A stretch of 64,000 nt of DNA from Mytilus edulis (taxonomy: Eukaryota): the NCBI RefSeq assembly GCF_963676685.1, contig NC_092347.1:99138001-99202000 (forward strand), given 5' to 3'. Positions 14,256 through 28,200 of the stretch are shown here, one piece after another; within the stretch, counting starts at the first letter, position 1, and each line of letters opens with the position of its first letter. Made by a program: the position numbers and the translations under genes. The notes below the pieces were generated by a model. It did no database searches. It was not told the origin of the DNA and saw only the letters and a list, made by a program, of their open reading frames with translations.

Positions 14256-17200
14256 TCAATTGTAAATAATTCCAATAAATATATAGGCACATCCCGTGAC
14301 CAATGAAAATAAAAATACTACAAATCCTAGTCTGTCTAAAACTAAAGCATAGTGTATCCATAGATCTGAATCGACCTCCTCCTTCTCACTTTCTGATGAT
14401 GTTGAAATCTCCACTTCTTTCTCATTTGACATTCTTCTTTCGTTCAAAGTGTTAAACAGCTTGGAAATGATTTTGTCCTTTAAAAATAAGATAATTAAAT
14501 AATAGGGCACTGCGTACACAGTTGCAATTGGTCGAATTTGTGTCATTTAATCAATTGCCTAATATAGGTTCAAGTTCACTTTCATTGTTTTTAGCCCGTG
14601 TATTTTTTGTCAAAATAAATACAGTTCGTTTCGTAAATTACTTTTCTATGATACAAATTTCATATAATAAAATAAATAATACATTCACGGAAGTGGAAAG
14701 AAACCCTATTTTTAAAGCATGTTTTTAATATAAATTCCCTGATGGAGATTTAATGATTTAGTATAAATACTTCATCAAGCTTAGTTGATTCTTAAATTGA
14801 GGGTTGGTAACTGCAATGGAAAAATTTGAGTCGTCTGCAACGGTCAAATGTTCTACCTAGATGGAAAATTTCGAAAATTGACCTTTTTGGTCAAACGAAT
14901 ATTTCGTTTGTTCAAATTGTTTTTTATAACGTATTCATTTATTATAAATTATCAAAGAACACGAAAAGATTTCACCGTAAATATACCTCACATCTTTTGG
15001 GTATCGAGGCGATATAAAATTTATAATCAATATACTATATACCTCTGTTCATTTTTAAAAACAGTATGTTGACCGTTCATGTTATATTTTTATATATTTG
15101 TGTCCGGGCCCGTTTTATTGCTTTCTCTAGCATGTCTATATTTATTTTTTATGTGTATTTAAATACTAAAAACTTTTTCAAATCAATGTTTGAATAATTT
15201 AAAATCAGAATCCTCATCACAAATAAAGTGAAATACTACAGAAGTAGATGTAAAACAAGTACTATACCGAGACAGAATTACATTCAAGAGTCATTATAAA
15301 GTTGTATTACCTCATTCTGAGATGTTTTATATCTGTTGTTTTGTAGTCTTGGTAGCTTTACGCACGTGATATATGCAAGTGGTTTTAAAAGGTAACATTT
15401 TGTAAATCGTGACATCGTTCTATCTCCCCTGTGGTGAATATTTAAAACCATAACTTGCCATAATGATGATCCACCACTTAAAATTAGAGTAAAGCTAAAA
15501 AACATGGCTGAAATAAAAAAAAACATTTGACTAGTATCATACGATTCATTTATATCAGAGAGATATTTTGTAGTACATTTAACATTTGGCATGTCGACGC
15601 CTCCGATTGCGGTCCTTTTACAGTGTTTCGTACCTTGATCTATATCTTCCTAGTAGATTTATGGTCCTTTAACATCTCTTGTTTCATGTTGCCTAAAATT
15701 TATATAGTGTCATTTTGTGTTCGAGTGTTCTAAGTATTTCATCCAGCCTGTCAGCACTGAGGCTGAGTTTTAACCTCGCACGCGGAAGATTCGTTCGACA
15801 TAATAATAACTGAATAAAAAGTAAAATTACAAAAATACTGAACTCCGAGGGAAATTCAAAGCGGAAAGTCCAGAATCAAATGGCAAAATCAAATGGTCAA
15901 CACATCAAACGAATGGACAACAACTGTCATATTCCTGACTTGAAACAGGCGTTTTCAAATGTAGAAAATGGTGGATTGAGCCTGGTTTTATATCGCTTAA
16001 CCTCTCACTTGTATGACAGTCGTATCAAATTCCATTATTTCAAGGTTTTTTTTGAAGGTCGATGGTTCTCTCCGGACACTCTAGCTTTCTCCATCAATTC
16101 TTTTTTAGATGTGGAGTTCTCAAACATGTGTTGGTGTATATTGTCTTGGATTTTTGTCTCATACAAATTTCGACACTACTAAGTATGTCTGTGTTAAGAC
16201 AATCATATATGATTGAGTTTTGCGGCTCTAATTGCATTCGTTTAAATTGTCTTCTTTCGCTTTCCGCGTTTGTACAAGTTAATGTGGTCTTTTGTTATAT
16301 AATCAAGGTTAATTTCGGCTAGCAAGACTTCTAGCAAATATAACTTGAAATGATTACCTTAAAAAAAACAGAAGAATAAGGAAAATATGTCCATCTACAA
16401 CATGAAATAAAGTATACCAATTGTGTTAAGATTTCATTTATATATTTCGGAGTTTAGTATGACATCAATTTTCACTGAACTACATAAAATGTAGTACACC
16501 TTTTTCCTTTTTATTTAGGTACCAGATGAGGACAACCTTCGGTCCGGGATTTTCTCGATGCGTTGAATACCAATTGGTGGCCTTATGTTGTTATCTGCTA
16601 TTTGGTCGAGTAGCTGTCTCTCTGACATATTTCTCAATTTCCATTCTCAATTTTATGACAACGGTTCATACTATTTTATATCGGTAAGACTGACGGATTT
16701 TCAGTGATATAAAGTTTATTATTACTAACCAATCCATGGGGTGGAATCAGCTGATGGTGGCAACTTGTCAGCAACAAGCAATTGAAACACAGACATCGCC
16801 AACATAACTGTTAATTCTAATCCAACCTTCTCGCCGGAATCAACAGGTAGTAAAAACCCAAACGATGCCACCATTGTGATTAAAAACGATGGCACTATTA
16901 TATTTGTTATGTAATAAGCTGGTTTTCGTTTCAAGTGAATATAAAAAGTCACATCTATAAAGGGTTCCGGACAGCAACCGTAATATACTTCGTGTCTTAC
17001 GTTTGCTGTTTTTTCAACTATCCATTCAACATGTTCTTTCATGGAAGATAAATCGCCCTCAACGTTCTTAGATCGAATATCAAGTTGTAAACCATTATAT
17101 GACCATGATCCAAACATTAACTCGCAAACTTGACTGTCAAAAGGGAATTTAGCAACGTCAATAGGACACAAAGCTTCGATTTTGGTTGGAAAGTTATAGG

Positions 17201-20200
17201 CGACATAACCATCTGAATAAATGAGAGCCCTGTAGTCTTTGAATCCATAAAACTCCGCCGAAATGCTACAAAACAATATACATGTTCATGCAAAAACAAA
17301 TAAATACTTCATGTTAATTTGAGATTGGAATGTACAGTTTTAGACTAGTAATCATCTATAAGCTTAAATTCTTTAAACCTTCATATTAAATGTAAAACAA
17401 TTCTAATGAGAAAAACAAACGGCTTAATTAATAACAATACAATACTCGTTTTGAATTTTCCTTGGAGCTCAGTGTTGTTTTTACTAAAACCAGATATAAC
17501 CAACATGAATAAGCGACAATCACTCAAATACATGATCCTAACGTGGGACAGACACATAAATTTAGCGGAATTAAACATCTTTTCGAGCGCTCAACCCTCT
17601 CCTAACCTAGGTCAGTGGTGTAACAACATCCATATGAACAAAGTTTAAATATCAGTTGCAAATAGCTAAAAGATCGATGCAATGCACATGAAACAACTAC
17701 CTTAAAAACGATAATTACAAAGCACCGATATTAAAGTGAAACAGATACCAAAGGGATAGTCAAATTTGAAAACAAGCTGACAATGCCGTGGTAAAAAGAG
17801 AAAAAGATAAGCAACTCAGAAACTAACAGTTATTGTAGAACACGATATAAACACGTATTTTCAAATCATAGACATCTTTTATGATAAGCAAATTATAAAA
17901 GAAAGGAAGAGCAAATGTGAGACAAAATCGTTATTATATGTCACGATAGTTTTACCTTGTTATTTGAAGTTAAATATCGCATACCGGATGATGAATTCAT
18001 TATTAGTTACACAGGCGATGTGTATAGCCTGCTCAATTTAATGTTTCCAATCCAATGATTGTCATTTTGTACCTATGCACTATAGTACTTTTAATCTACT
18101 TTAATTGGTATTGGACATCAGTCTGAGTTCTATTCTATACAAAACTACGAATAAAGAGATTTGCTAATTGATAACTTAATTGTATGTACACAATAAACAA
18201 TCACTCTTCACATTTACCTTTTATAAAGGGTAACATGAGGTTTCCAAATAAGTTCTACGAGTAACATAATGTATTTAACTTTCATAAAGGGTAAAATCAG
18301 GTTTCCATATAAGGTATAAGGGTTGCATAATATATTTACCTCTCATAAAGGGTAAAATCAGGTTTTCATATCAGACCTATTGGTAAGACTCTGTATTTAC
18401 CTTTCATAAAGGGTAACATCAGGTTTCCATATAAGACCTATGGGTAGCACTATGGAATCTGTGCCGTTAAAGTCATCAGGATTCCATCTAAGATTGCAGT
18501 CTATCCATCCCTAGGAACATGACAGAAATTAAAATTATCAAGTACTTAACAAAAATATACTGAAATAATACGTATGTATTCCTTTTCGTCGTCATTCATA
18601 TTTAATAGTTTACATTTAATAATCATTCATAGAACGAAGTGAGGGGGAAATAACATGTATGAACTCACCAGTCGCATCCACATGTTGAAGTGTATAAGTT
18701 GCTCTGGTTCATCCTAAAAAATATTGAAAATCATAACTAATACAGACAACTCATATGGCAAACGAAACGTTTTAATTTTGTTGAATCTTGGCTGATCTGA
18801 AATTACTTCTTGAAAATGTTTCCATATTGCTCAATTAGTGCTATGATCTGATTATTTGCCAACTGAATCACTAGCCGTAACGTTCTTGTTATTATTTGCG
18901 TATGTGTTCTCTTTCAAATAAATAACGAATCATTATGATGTCTTGTGTTACAAATATAAATTGTGTGTTCACTGCTTATAAATCATGAGGGCGAAAATTA
19001 ATGTTTGGTGGAGACTTCTCGCATGATATGAAACAATGTAACAAAATAACTTTTCATTGCTTTTTACAAACAGAAATCATTATTATCATATGGCTTATTA
19101 AAATGACTTCAACTTCGTAATTTATTTGGCCTTTTAAACATTTTTGATTCGAGCGTCACTGGTGAGTCTTTTGTAGACGAAACGCGCGTCTGGCGTAAAT
19201 ATAAAATTTTATTCCTGGTATCTATGATGATTTTATTTACTGTCAGATTATTAGGTTACACTGTTGTAGCGATTGCTTAGATGCACCAAGTTTCCTTCGG
19301 GCCTTGCATATCAATTTGGAAAAAACAAAACTCAGGTTATCTCTGACAATGATTGACACAATATTTTTTAAATTGTTGAATTCATAAAAAATATACCTAC
19401 AAGCGATATAAGTTGACGAATAGCAATATCCACAGTCACATTAACTCTCTCATAGCCCGGGCACAAGGGTCGGACTTCTGCTCCGTAATTTGTCAGTAGT
19501 GAAGTTGAAAGGTTGTTTAGTACCGATGATGAACCTAATAGAAAAAATAATGGTTAATATTAATTTTCTGTTTTTAAGTTTTCAAAAAGTTTAACTATTT
19601 TGTTAATTTGACAAATCAAATTTGAAATTTCTAATATCTTTTTTTACACATTTCTATTACTCTCAATGCAAGATATTACAGAAAAAGTGTTGTGTGCCTC
19701 GGATTTTCATTTGACAATGACGTTTTACCTTGTTTCTGCTGTGGGCTCTGGCCTGTTATTTTCTATTTTATAAGAACGTCTGTTTTGTTGTAAAACTTTT
19801 TTTTCAAGTGACCCTAATAGTCGACTTCAATGTAAAAGTATGGCATATAGGATTATATTATTAGTCAAATTTAAATATGAAAATTATAAATGTAGAAAAT
19901 TAATTTAACAGAGCTTCAAGAACCTTCTTGAACTAAGAATAGGAAAAATCTATATGAAAATAGATTGAAACATACTTCTTATTCTACTGCGAGCTTGTTC
20001 CGTTACGTTACTTTGCATGTGCTTACCATAAGTAAAAGTTCCTTTAGAATCGTCGCCAGTGTTGTCCTTTATTATCTTGCCTGATCCTACAATATGTTAA
20101 AATCTATAGTAGTTGTTATGCAATAATATAAAGGGTTTCGAAAGAGGTAAATTATAGTTGATAAGTGCGACGATACCGATAGTACATGTTATACATTTTA

Positions 20201-22076
20201 ATAACAGCGAGCACTTTCAGGTCTGTACTTTGTGGGTTTTTTTTTTATGACGGGTGTATATATTCCCTGCAATTTTGGTCTGTGTTTTGTGTAGATTGTT
20301 TTCTGTTTTGTATAGATTCGATGAGGTAAGACCTTTTCGACTGGTTTTAACATAGTTGTATACACCACTGGTCCATGTTAAGGGAAGGGTTGGCGCCTAA
20401 AACTCATGTTTCTAAGACTAAAATATCGATCGGTTTGAATCACAAATTCGATGAATTGCATGTAAAGACATGAATAACAGTCGGAGAAAAACACGGCATT
20501 GTGCAATGATAAAATGATTATATGCCTGTTACAATTTAGGAGCCTGTAGTAAATTGGCTGCCATTGGTTCATGTCTGTCGTATTTGTTTTTCGAAAAAAA
20601 GTTTTGCTCTGCATTAGGGAGGCAATAGTTTTCTCCATTGAATTCTTTCGTATTTTGTTCATGTCAGGTTCTTTTAAAGCGGACTATGCGGTATGGGTTT
20701 TCTCATTGTTGAAGGCATTACGGTTACCTAGCATTGCTTACATCCACTTCATTTGAACTTTGGTTGATATATGGCACACATATCATACCACATCTCCTTA
20801 TTTGTATACTGTTTTAGCATGGTGGGACTAAGGAAATGAGCAAGTAATTTATTTTTTTAACAAGACTAGCCTTATGCAATTTGTTAACCATTGAGTTAGT
20901 TTTTTTTTGTTTTTTTTTACTCTTTTACCGACGTGAAAATCAGAGGATTAAGAAAGAAACGCATTATCAAATTTTCATATCAAATAAGGTGATCGAGTAA
21001 TTTAAAGTTTCCAGTCATATTCTTTATTTTCATCTTTCAAGATCTAATTCTGAATTCCAGAAAATGCTTTAAAACGTACTTCGTAGCGACCAGGGTTTTT
21101 TTTATTGGAGAGGGAGGTGTGGTATTAAAAGGATTAACAACTGGCAGTCCTTTGTCAATTGATATTGGAGTCGAACACAAAACGTCATGAGCGGAGTTTG
21201 AAATTACAATGACTAGTTAGCAGTGATCACTGTAGATGAACTGTTCACACTAAGCAGTTTACCAAGCGTAAGTGTTGGAATGTCAAATACAAATAAAGAT
21301 GAACTTTTCCTCTTATACACAACATGTAATAACAATGAATCTCATTATAATTAGTTGAAAAAATATTTGATAATGCTCATTCTGCCCTGCGGTTCAGTAC
21401 AATCTATTTACTAGCTTCACCTTGAACGGCTTACAAAGTATGCTACAAACAACCTATTTACATGATATAGCCCTTCACTAGTGGTAATGACTCAGTCTGT
21501 TTTAAAAATGTTTAATTCTCTTACAAACTAGTAATAGCAGGTTTATAACTGGACAAAAAAATCAGCATTTTAATCATCACTTTCACTCAAATCTATATTA
21601 CTACACTCGGCTAGAACAATTAAATTAAATTTTTGCTTTCAAAAATTCTCTCTAGGTTTTGACGACTCAAGCAAATATTTACATAAAACAGTAATGTATC
21701 AGAAGTCGATTTCACACAAAATCACATACGACTAAGTGGGCCGGTTTTTTTTGTGGAATTCATGCTGCTCACTCTGTAGTTTTCTAGGTGGTGATATCTA
21801 TTATAGACCGTTTTGCAGTCATTCCAATGGTGCTGGACATTGGGCAAAGTCCAGTAAAAACAAATTTGTACAGTTAAGTGATGTGTATTATTGGGCCTAA
21901 TGACCAGTGTAATTTTTAATTTTGTCCAAATGAAGTAGAATGGTTTACTGGACAATAAGACAATTACTTTATAAACGGTAGAATACATATAGTTAAAAAA
22001 AATCATAAACCTATAATATCTTACCAAAAATATAGAATTCCATCAATAGAAATAGCACTGTTCCGTATTTCCCCAT
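14256..22076 (-). CDS. Nicotinic acetylcholine receptor alpha-type subunit (alpha9/alpha10-like), paralog B; 8 coding exons, about 451 aa
   Basis: Exons: 22076-22025 (MGKYGTVLFLLMEFYIF, least certain), 20086-20027 (60-nt extra exon), 19534-19401, 18713-18669, 18510-18401, 17265-16730 (Cys-loop, YYGCCPEPF, M1-M2), 15507-15311 (M3), 14477-14256 (M4). The 134/45/110/536-nt exon sizes match paralog A; total 1356 nt. Confidence 0.92.
18211..18450. repeat. 61-bp tandem repeat x4 derived from the exon end and splice donor of paralog B (loop A exon)
   Basis: Donor-equivalent positions at 18400, 18339, 18278 (mutated) and 18217, exactly 61 nt apart. Confidence 0.88.
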
Positions 22077-24892
22077 ACTTCATTGGATTATTTTTTCTAT
22101 GCTTAACACTCAATCCTGTACCATCAGTGTTTTAACGCATACTCAGCATATAGGTCTAACATATATATAAGTATGAGAGACCCGTTATCCGGAGCATAAA
22201 AATCAAATTCTGCAATCGAACTACTTATCCGGGATTATTGTTGTCATAAAATAATTACAGATGTATTTTAAATGTATATATATAATGCATTATTACTGAT
22301 AAACATGCAACTTTAAAGCATACTATATTATTGTCTTTTCAATTCATCATAGTAAATTGATATCTTACACAACCGCGGTTAATCAATCTATGGATTTTAA
22401 ACCCATATTTTTACTACTTTTTTTAAATTTTCATACATATTATTCACAGTTAAAACATTCTACTTTTAGATTTGTTGAGACATATAATCTAATTTCAATA
22501 TATTTCTGATATTTTTAGTTAACCTTAATTAGCTTATCGATCTTAAGTATTATTGTATTGCATACGTGTAAGAAATGTATGTATGTCATAGGTATGCTTT
22601 AACATACACTTGAGAGAAATATGCAACAAAAAGTCTATTTGCAGGTGCTTGATGAATTGATCTTGGTTCCTATACTATTATAGGCTATAGATCGTTTACT
22701 ACTGCCTGTTGTTGTCCATGCAGAGGGATCTGTCCCGAACAAGAGATACAATTAAATCAGTACAGTATATTGATGTAGTAACTAGTAGATATGGCGTGAT
22801 AACTCCCATGTACAAATATAAGAATAAAACAATTATTGAAATTAAAAATAACATGTTTTTGATTCTTAATTTATAAAAAATTTCAAAAAATAAACAAATA
22901 CAGATCATCATATATATCAATATAGATATGGTTTATTTAATTAAAATGCGTTTTAACTGATGATTCATTAAATAATTTGTATTTACCTATCAAATATTGA
23001 TTTCAAACTATTTGTATGTTTCAGCAATATATAATTTTAAATAATAAATGTCTCTAAACAAACGATTCTTAATCAAAACTTTTATAACATCAAACAATGT
23101 GGGATAATCAGAACTTTTCATAACATAAATGTGGGACAACTAGAACTTTTTACACATAACATAGTATGGGACAATCGGAACTTTTGATGCCAAACAATAA
23201 ATTAGGAAAAGTCAGCGCTACTCAAATTACATAGATATAAGAAGATGTGGTATGAGTGCCAATGAGACCACTCTCCATCCAAGTCAAAATTTGTAAAAGA
23301 AAAACCATTATAGGTCAAAGTACGGTCTTCAATACGCGCCTTTGCTCACACCGAACAGCAAGCTTTAAAGGGCCCCCAAAATTACTAGTGTAAAACCATT
23401 CAAACAGGAAAACATTTTGTTCGTATTGTATGCCGACTACTTCCTTCTGTCTTCCCTTTATTTATTCCGTCTAGTGTTGGAGTACACACAACTAGCTGTG
23501 TTTTCAAAACACAAACGAAGAAAATATCAACTTTCTTCGACGGGAAAGAAATTTTTCAAGTTAAGGAATAATTTTTTGTTCAGATGATAGGTGACGGCGG
23601 AAAGACATATTGACATCTATATAACCCCGTTGTGCAATTTAATGAACAATTAATTATTAGTTATAGGCATACATTCCCATAAATAATATGTCCGCACTTT
23701 CTTTAGAAACTTAGGCGATTAAAAGTGGCAAATGTGCACAACAATAAAGCTACAGATAAGTTTATGCAATTTCTGCTCCACTCTGACACCCGTTCAGCCG
23801 TTCACGATAAAAGTCATTCAATGCATTAACGGCGATACTATGGATGTATGATAACAAGTATTATCTAAAACCTTATTTCCCACAAATCGAAAACTATTAA
23901 AATTCATGTGGACTTTTCTTTGACCTAGTAACCTCAAAATAAGAAGACGTCTCCTGCTCAACAAGTGACTTTGTCCGGTTTGTAAACCATGATACTGGAT
24001 GTGTGATGTAGGATATAGAATGAAGGTCACTCAAGTTTAAGTTGATTAATAAAAGTATGATCCTTCTCTTATACTTTAACCTTAAAAACAATATGGATCT
24101 CAGTACACTCATCTTCAAGGGACAAATATACATTTGTAAGTAAAGTTTGGATGTTTGGTTAAACAAATATTTAATAAAAAAAAAAAAAAGTCGTAATTCA
24201 GCCCTTGTAATCATGCCCTTTGAAATTATTTTCTTAAAGTGTATAATAATTCCTTCCAATGGTTATTGCGCATCTCATTTGATACAATTTGATTTAAATC
24301 TAAATAGTATAATTTAAAATAAAAACTAAAATGCTGATGCTAGGACAGATTCGTGTTAGAAGCTATTTCGACACGTCGGAAGCTTCCGATGTTACCATGT
24401 AAGTATACATCTTTTATTTTTATAATTTAGAAGTTTATGATATTTTTTAATTAAATGATGTAATCCTACGTGCGTGACTTAGCTTATATAGTTTATGTGA
24501 ATTAATCTTAAGTTTGACTTCAGATGAGAATATAATTAACAGTCGAAACATGTCATGTATTGAACGATTTTGGGACTTAATTTCAAACAATCATGAAAAT
24601 TAATATAAAAATGTTGATCTATTAAATAGACAACGAGACCTTTGAATCATTGAATTTCAAACTACCTCTGATATGAAACAGATGTCATCACTAAAAACGA
24701 ACAAAGTAAGTTAAAATATTTAATATAACAATTTAAACAGTCAAAGAATCAAACAAGAAAGACTATAGTACATCTTTTTAGTAACATCACAATAGCATGA
24801 AGTACATTTATTTCCTCAAAAACCATCACGACAGTATAAAGGAAAACAATGATTTACTCCGCCAATAACCTATCACTTGACGTGATAAAGAA

Positions 24893-25283
24893 TCATTCAA
24901 CAGACAGAATTCTATTCTGTTCTATTCTATAGATATAACCACATCCAATGCTTAAAGATAAAAAAAAGTCATTAAACAGACTGAAATCTATTAAAAATAT
25001 AACCACATCCAATGCTTAAAGATAAAAAAAAAAGTCATTCAACTGACTGAAATTTATTAAAAATATAACCACATCCAATGGTTAAAGATAAAAAAGTCAT
25101 TCAACTGACTGAATTCTATTAAAAATATAACCACATCCAATCCTTAAAGATAAAAATTAAGTCATGCAACAGACTGAATCCTATGAAAGATGTAACCACA
25201 TCCAATGCTTAAAGATAAAGACTCATTCAACTGACTGAATTCTATTAAAGATATAACCACATCCAATGCTTAAAGATAAAAAG
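24893..25283. repeat. About 60-66-bp tandem repeat x6 derived from the M4/stop-codon segment of paralog C
   Basis: ATATAACCACATCCAATGCTTAAAGATAAA-type core occurs six times; the rightmost copy is the coding LSLSIGCGYIFNRIQSVE-stop. Confidence 0.9.
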
Positions 25284-28200
25284 AACACCATCATCCCGAT
25301 TCTGTCTACCATTAAGGCGAGACTGATCCATAGTTCTGAGTTTTCTGCAATCTCTGCTTCCGGTTCCGATAGGCTTATAGATGACGTGTTTCCCAGTTCT
25401 TCCTCCTTATATTTTCTATTCCTGTCCAGGATGTTGAATATTTTGGCCAATGATTTATCCTTCAAAGAAAAAAATGAAGATTTATATAATTTATCGTTAT
25501 AAAGTTCTGCATCTTTGACTGTCATAAACGCTGATGTGTCTGTCGTGTACTCAGTTTTGTTTGCCGTGTGCGCAGCTTTGTCTGTCGTGTATGTACATGT
25601 AGCTTTGTCTGCTGTGTTCACAGATTTGTCTGCCGTATGCACAGCTTTGTCTGCCGTCTACGTTGTTCTGTCTGACATGTACGTAGCTTTGTCTGCCGTG
25701 AACACCGTTTTGTCGTGTATATGGCTTTATTTGTCATGTACGCACTGTGTTTGTCGTCTTCGTAGTTTTGTCTGCCGTGTGCGTATCTTTGCCTGTAGTG
25801 TGTATCTTTGTCTGTAGTGTGCGTAGCTTTGTCGTTTGTGTTCAAAACCTGTTGTTTCTTTTTTGTGTGTCATTACGAAATTTTATCTACCGTATACGTA
25901 GCTTTGTCTGCCGTGTATGTGGCGAACTGTTTGCAGCTTTGTCGGTCGGCTTTGTTTGTCGTTGAAGTTTGTACTTTTATCAATAACAATTTGATTGTTT
26001 AGAGCTGCAGACGAACCATATGTTCCCTCGTCAACTCCAAAAAAGTGTACTATTCACTTTAATAAAAATACATTCTTCTGACATCAGACTCGGATTTCTC
26101 TTGAACTGAATTTTAATGTGCGTATTGTTATGCGTTTACTTTACTACATTGGTTAGAGGTAAAGGGGGAGGGTTGAGATCTCACAAACATGTTTAACCCC
26201 GCCGCATTTTTGCGCCTGTCCCAAGTCAGGAGCCTCTGGCCTTTGTTAGTCTTGTATTATTTTAATTTTAGTTTCTTGTGTACAATTTGGAAATTAGTAT
26301 GGTGTTCATTATCACTGGACTAGTATATATTTGTTTAGGGGCCAGCTGAAGGACGCCTCCGGGTGCGGGTATTTCTCGCTACATTGAAGACCTGTTGGTG
26401 ACCCTCTGCTGTTGTTTTTTATTTGGGCGGGTTGTTGTCTCTTTGACACATTCCCCATTTCCATTCTCAATTTTATTGGTAACAGTTTTGTTTTCACTTT
26501 TGCTACTTACCATTGAACTTTTTTAGCTGATGAAGACAAGTTTAGAAATGTCTATGGACAAAAAAGACTGATATTATTTTCTCGCAGTCGAGACAAATCT
26601 CAGATGAGAATATGTAAGAATATAGAAATATGAAAGTAAAAACTTGTTTAAATCTTATAGCAGTGTACAATATAGATAATTCAATAGTTTCGCTTACGCA
26701 GAAATGGGATAATGGGATATAACCCTTTAAATGGTTTTGTAATATTGGTCACTGAACATAAACAAACAATAAAAGATAAAAGGATACTTACACATTTCGG
26801 TGAAGATTGTTTTACGTAATCTGGTTTTACTCTCGGAACATCTATCCATGTTAGTCTACCAAGCAGTTTCAATACATAGAATTTTAACCAATGTGGCATA
26901 TGTCTATCCCCTCGATGATGTAAGTTCAATACCAACACTTGCCAACACGACGATCCACCAGATAATATCATCGTAAAACTGAAAAAGGAGGCTGGAAAAA
27001 AAAAGAATATGAAAAAAAAATGAAATTTTCATTGTTCTTATCTTAAATACAAAAAAAAGAAATATATATAAAAATTATATTAAAAAGGACAAAAAAGCAG
27101 AAGAAGGTAACATCGCACAATTTAAAGATAATGGGGTCTATAAAGAGGCGTCGTTTAAACCTGTTTAAAGTACTAAAACGTTTGTGCTTGGTGCTAATGC
27201 TATTTTTCGTTGGAATTGCATATACTGATGTTTATTCTATCTTTTTAATTGGTGTACTAGTTAATAGGCCGATCTTCGAAATGAAATATAATTTATTGAC
27301 AGTAGGCAAGCTTTTGAAAAGTCAAAAGGATTTGAAGTTCTAGGAGTGTAGCTTAAATACTTACATATCCAAGGTGTTTCGTCAGCAGATGGGGGTAAAT
27401 GGTCTGCTATCAATAACTGGAATACAGACATTGCTAACATCACGGTCAATTCTAAACCCACTTTCTCTCCAGAGTCAGCTGGTAGGAAAAATCCTAGCCC
27501 TGCTACCAATGTTACCAGTAAGGAGGGTATCAGTATATTTGTGACGTAATAGTTTGGTTTCCTCTTTAGATTGATATAAAATGTAACATCAGGATACGGT
27601 TCCGGACAACAACCGTAATATAGTTCGTGTCTGATGGCTGGTATGTCTTTAATGATCCATTCTACATTCTCCTTCACCGAGGAAAGATCTCCTGCACCAA
27701 GTTTTGTAGAGACATCAAGTTCAAACCCGTTGTATGACCATGAACCGAACATCAGAGAACATATTTGGCTATCGTAAGGAAATTTGGCCACCGAAACTGG
27801 ACATAATGCTTCTATTTTGGAGGGAAAGTTGTAAGTAACATAGCCATCGGGGTAGATATGAGCTCTGAACTTCTCAAAACCGTAGAATTCCTCCGAAATA
27901 CTGCAAAACAAATGGATAACTTAGTCTATACCAATCACGATACAATAAGAAGTTATTTCTACGCATTTGTATCATAAGATATCCATATCAATGAATTCAC
28001 ATAAACAGTATCTGTTTTAAATATAAATGTTTAATATCCTTTCTTTCTATCAGTGAATATGACTCGTTACCGAACAATGCAATTTTCTTTTTTCATGAGC
28101 ATATAAAATAATGCTAAATTGTAATTACATTGTTTGCTTCAGCTTTCTTTGTTGTCGTGATATATAATAGCTAGTTGCTTGGTTTTTGTTTCTTTTATGG

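Noticed and set aside
15880-16322. Short ORFs here and at 20378-20756, 26312-26497, 39170-39388, 48350-48553, 49999-50241 and 58300-58530
   Set aside because: They overlap dispersed non-coding repeat families and show no domain motifs or splice-consistent structure.
25515-26002. Hydrophobic V/A/L/S/C-rich plus-strand ORFs
   Set aside because: Antisense translations of the 21-bp minisatellite.
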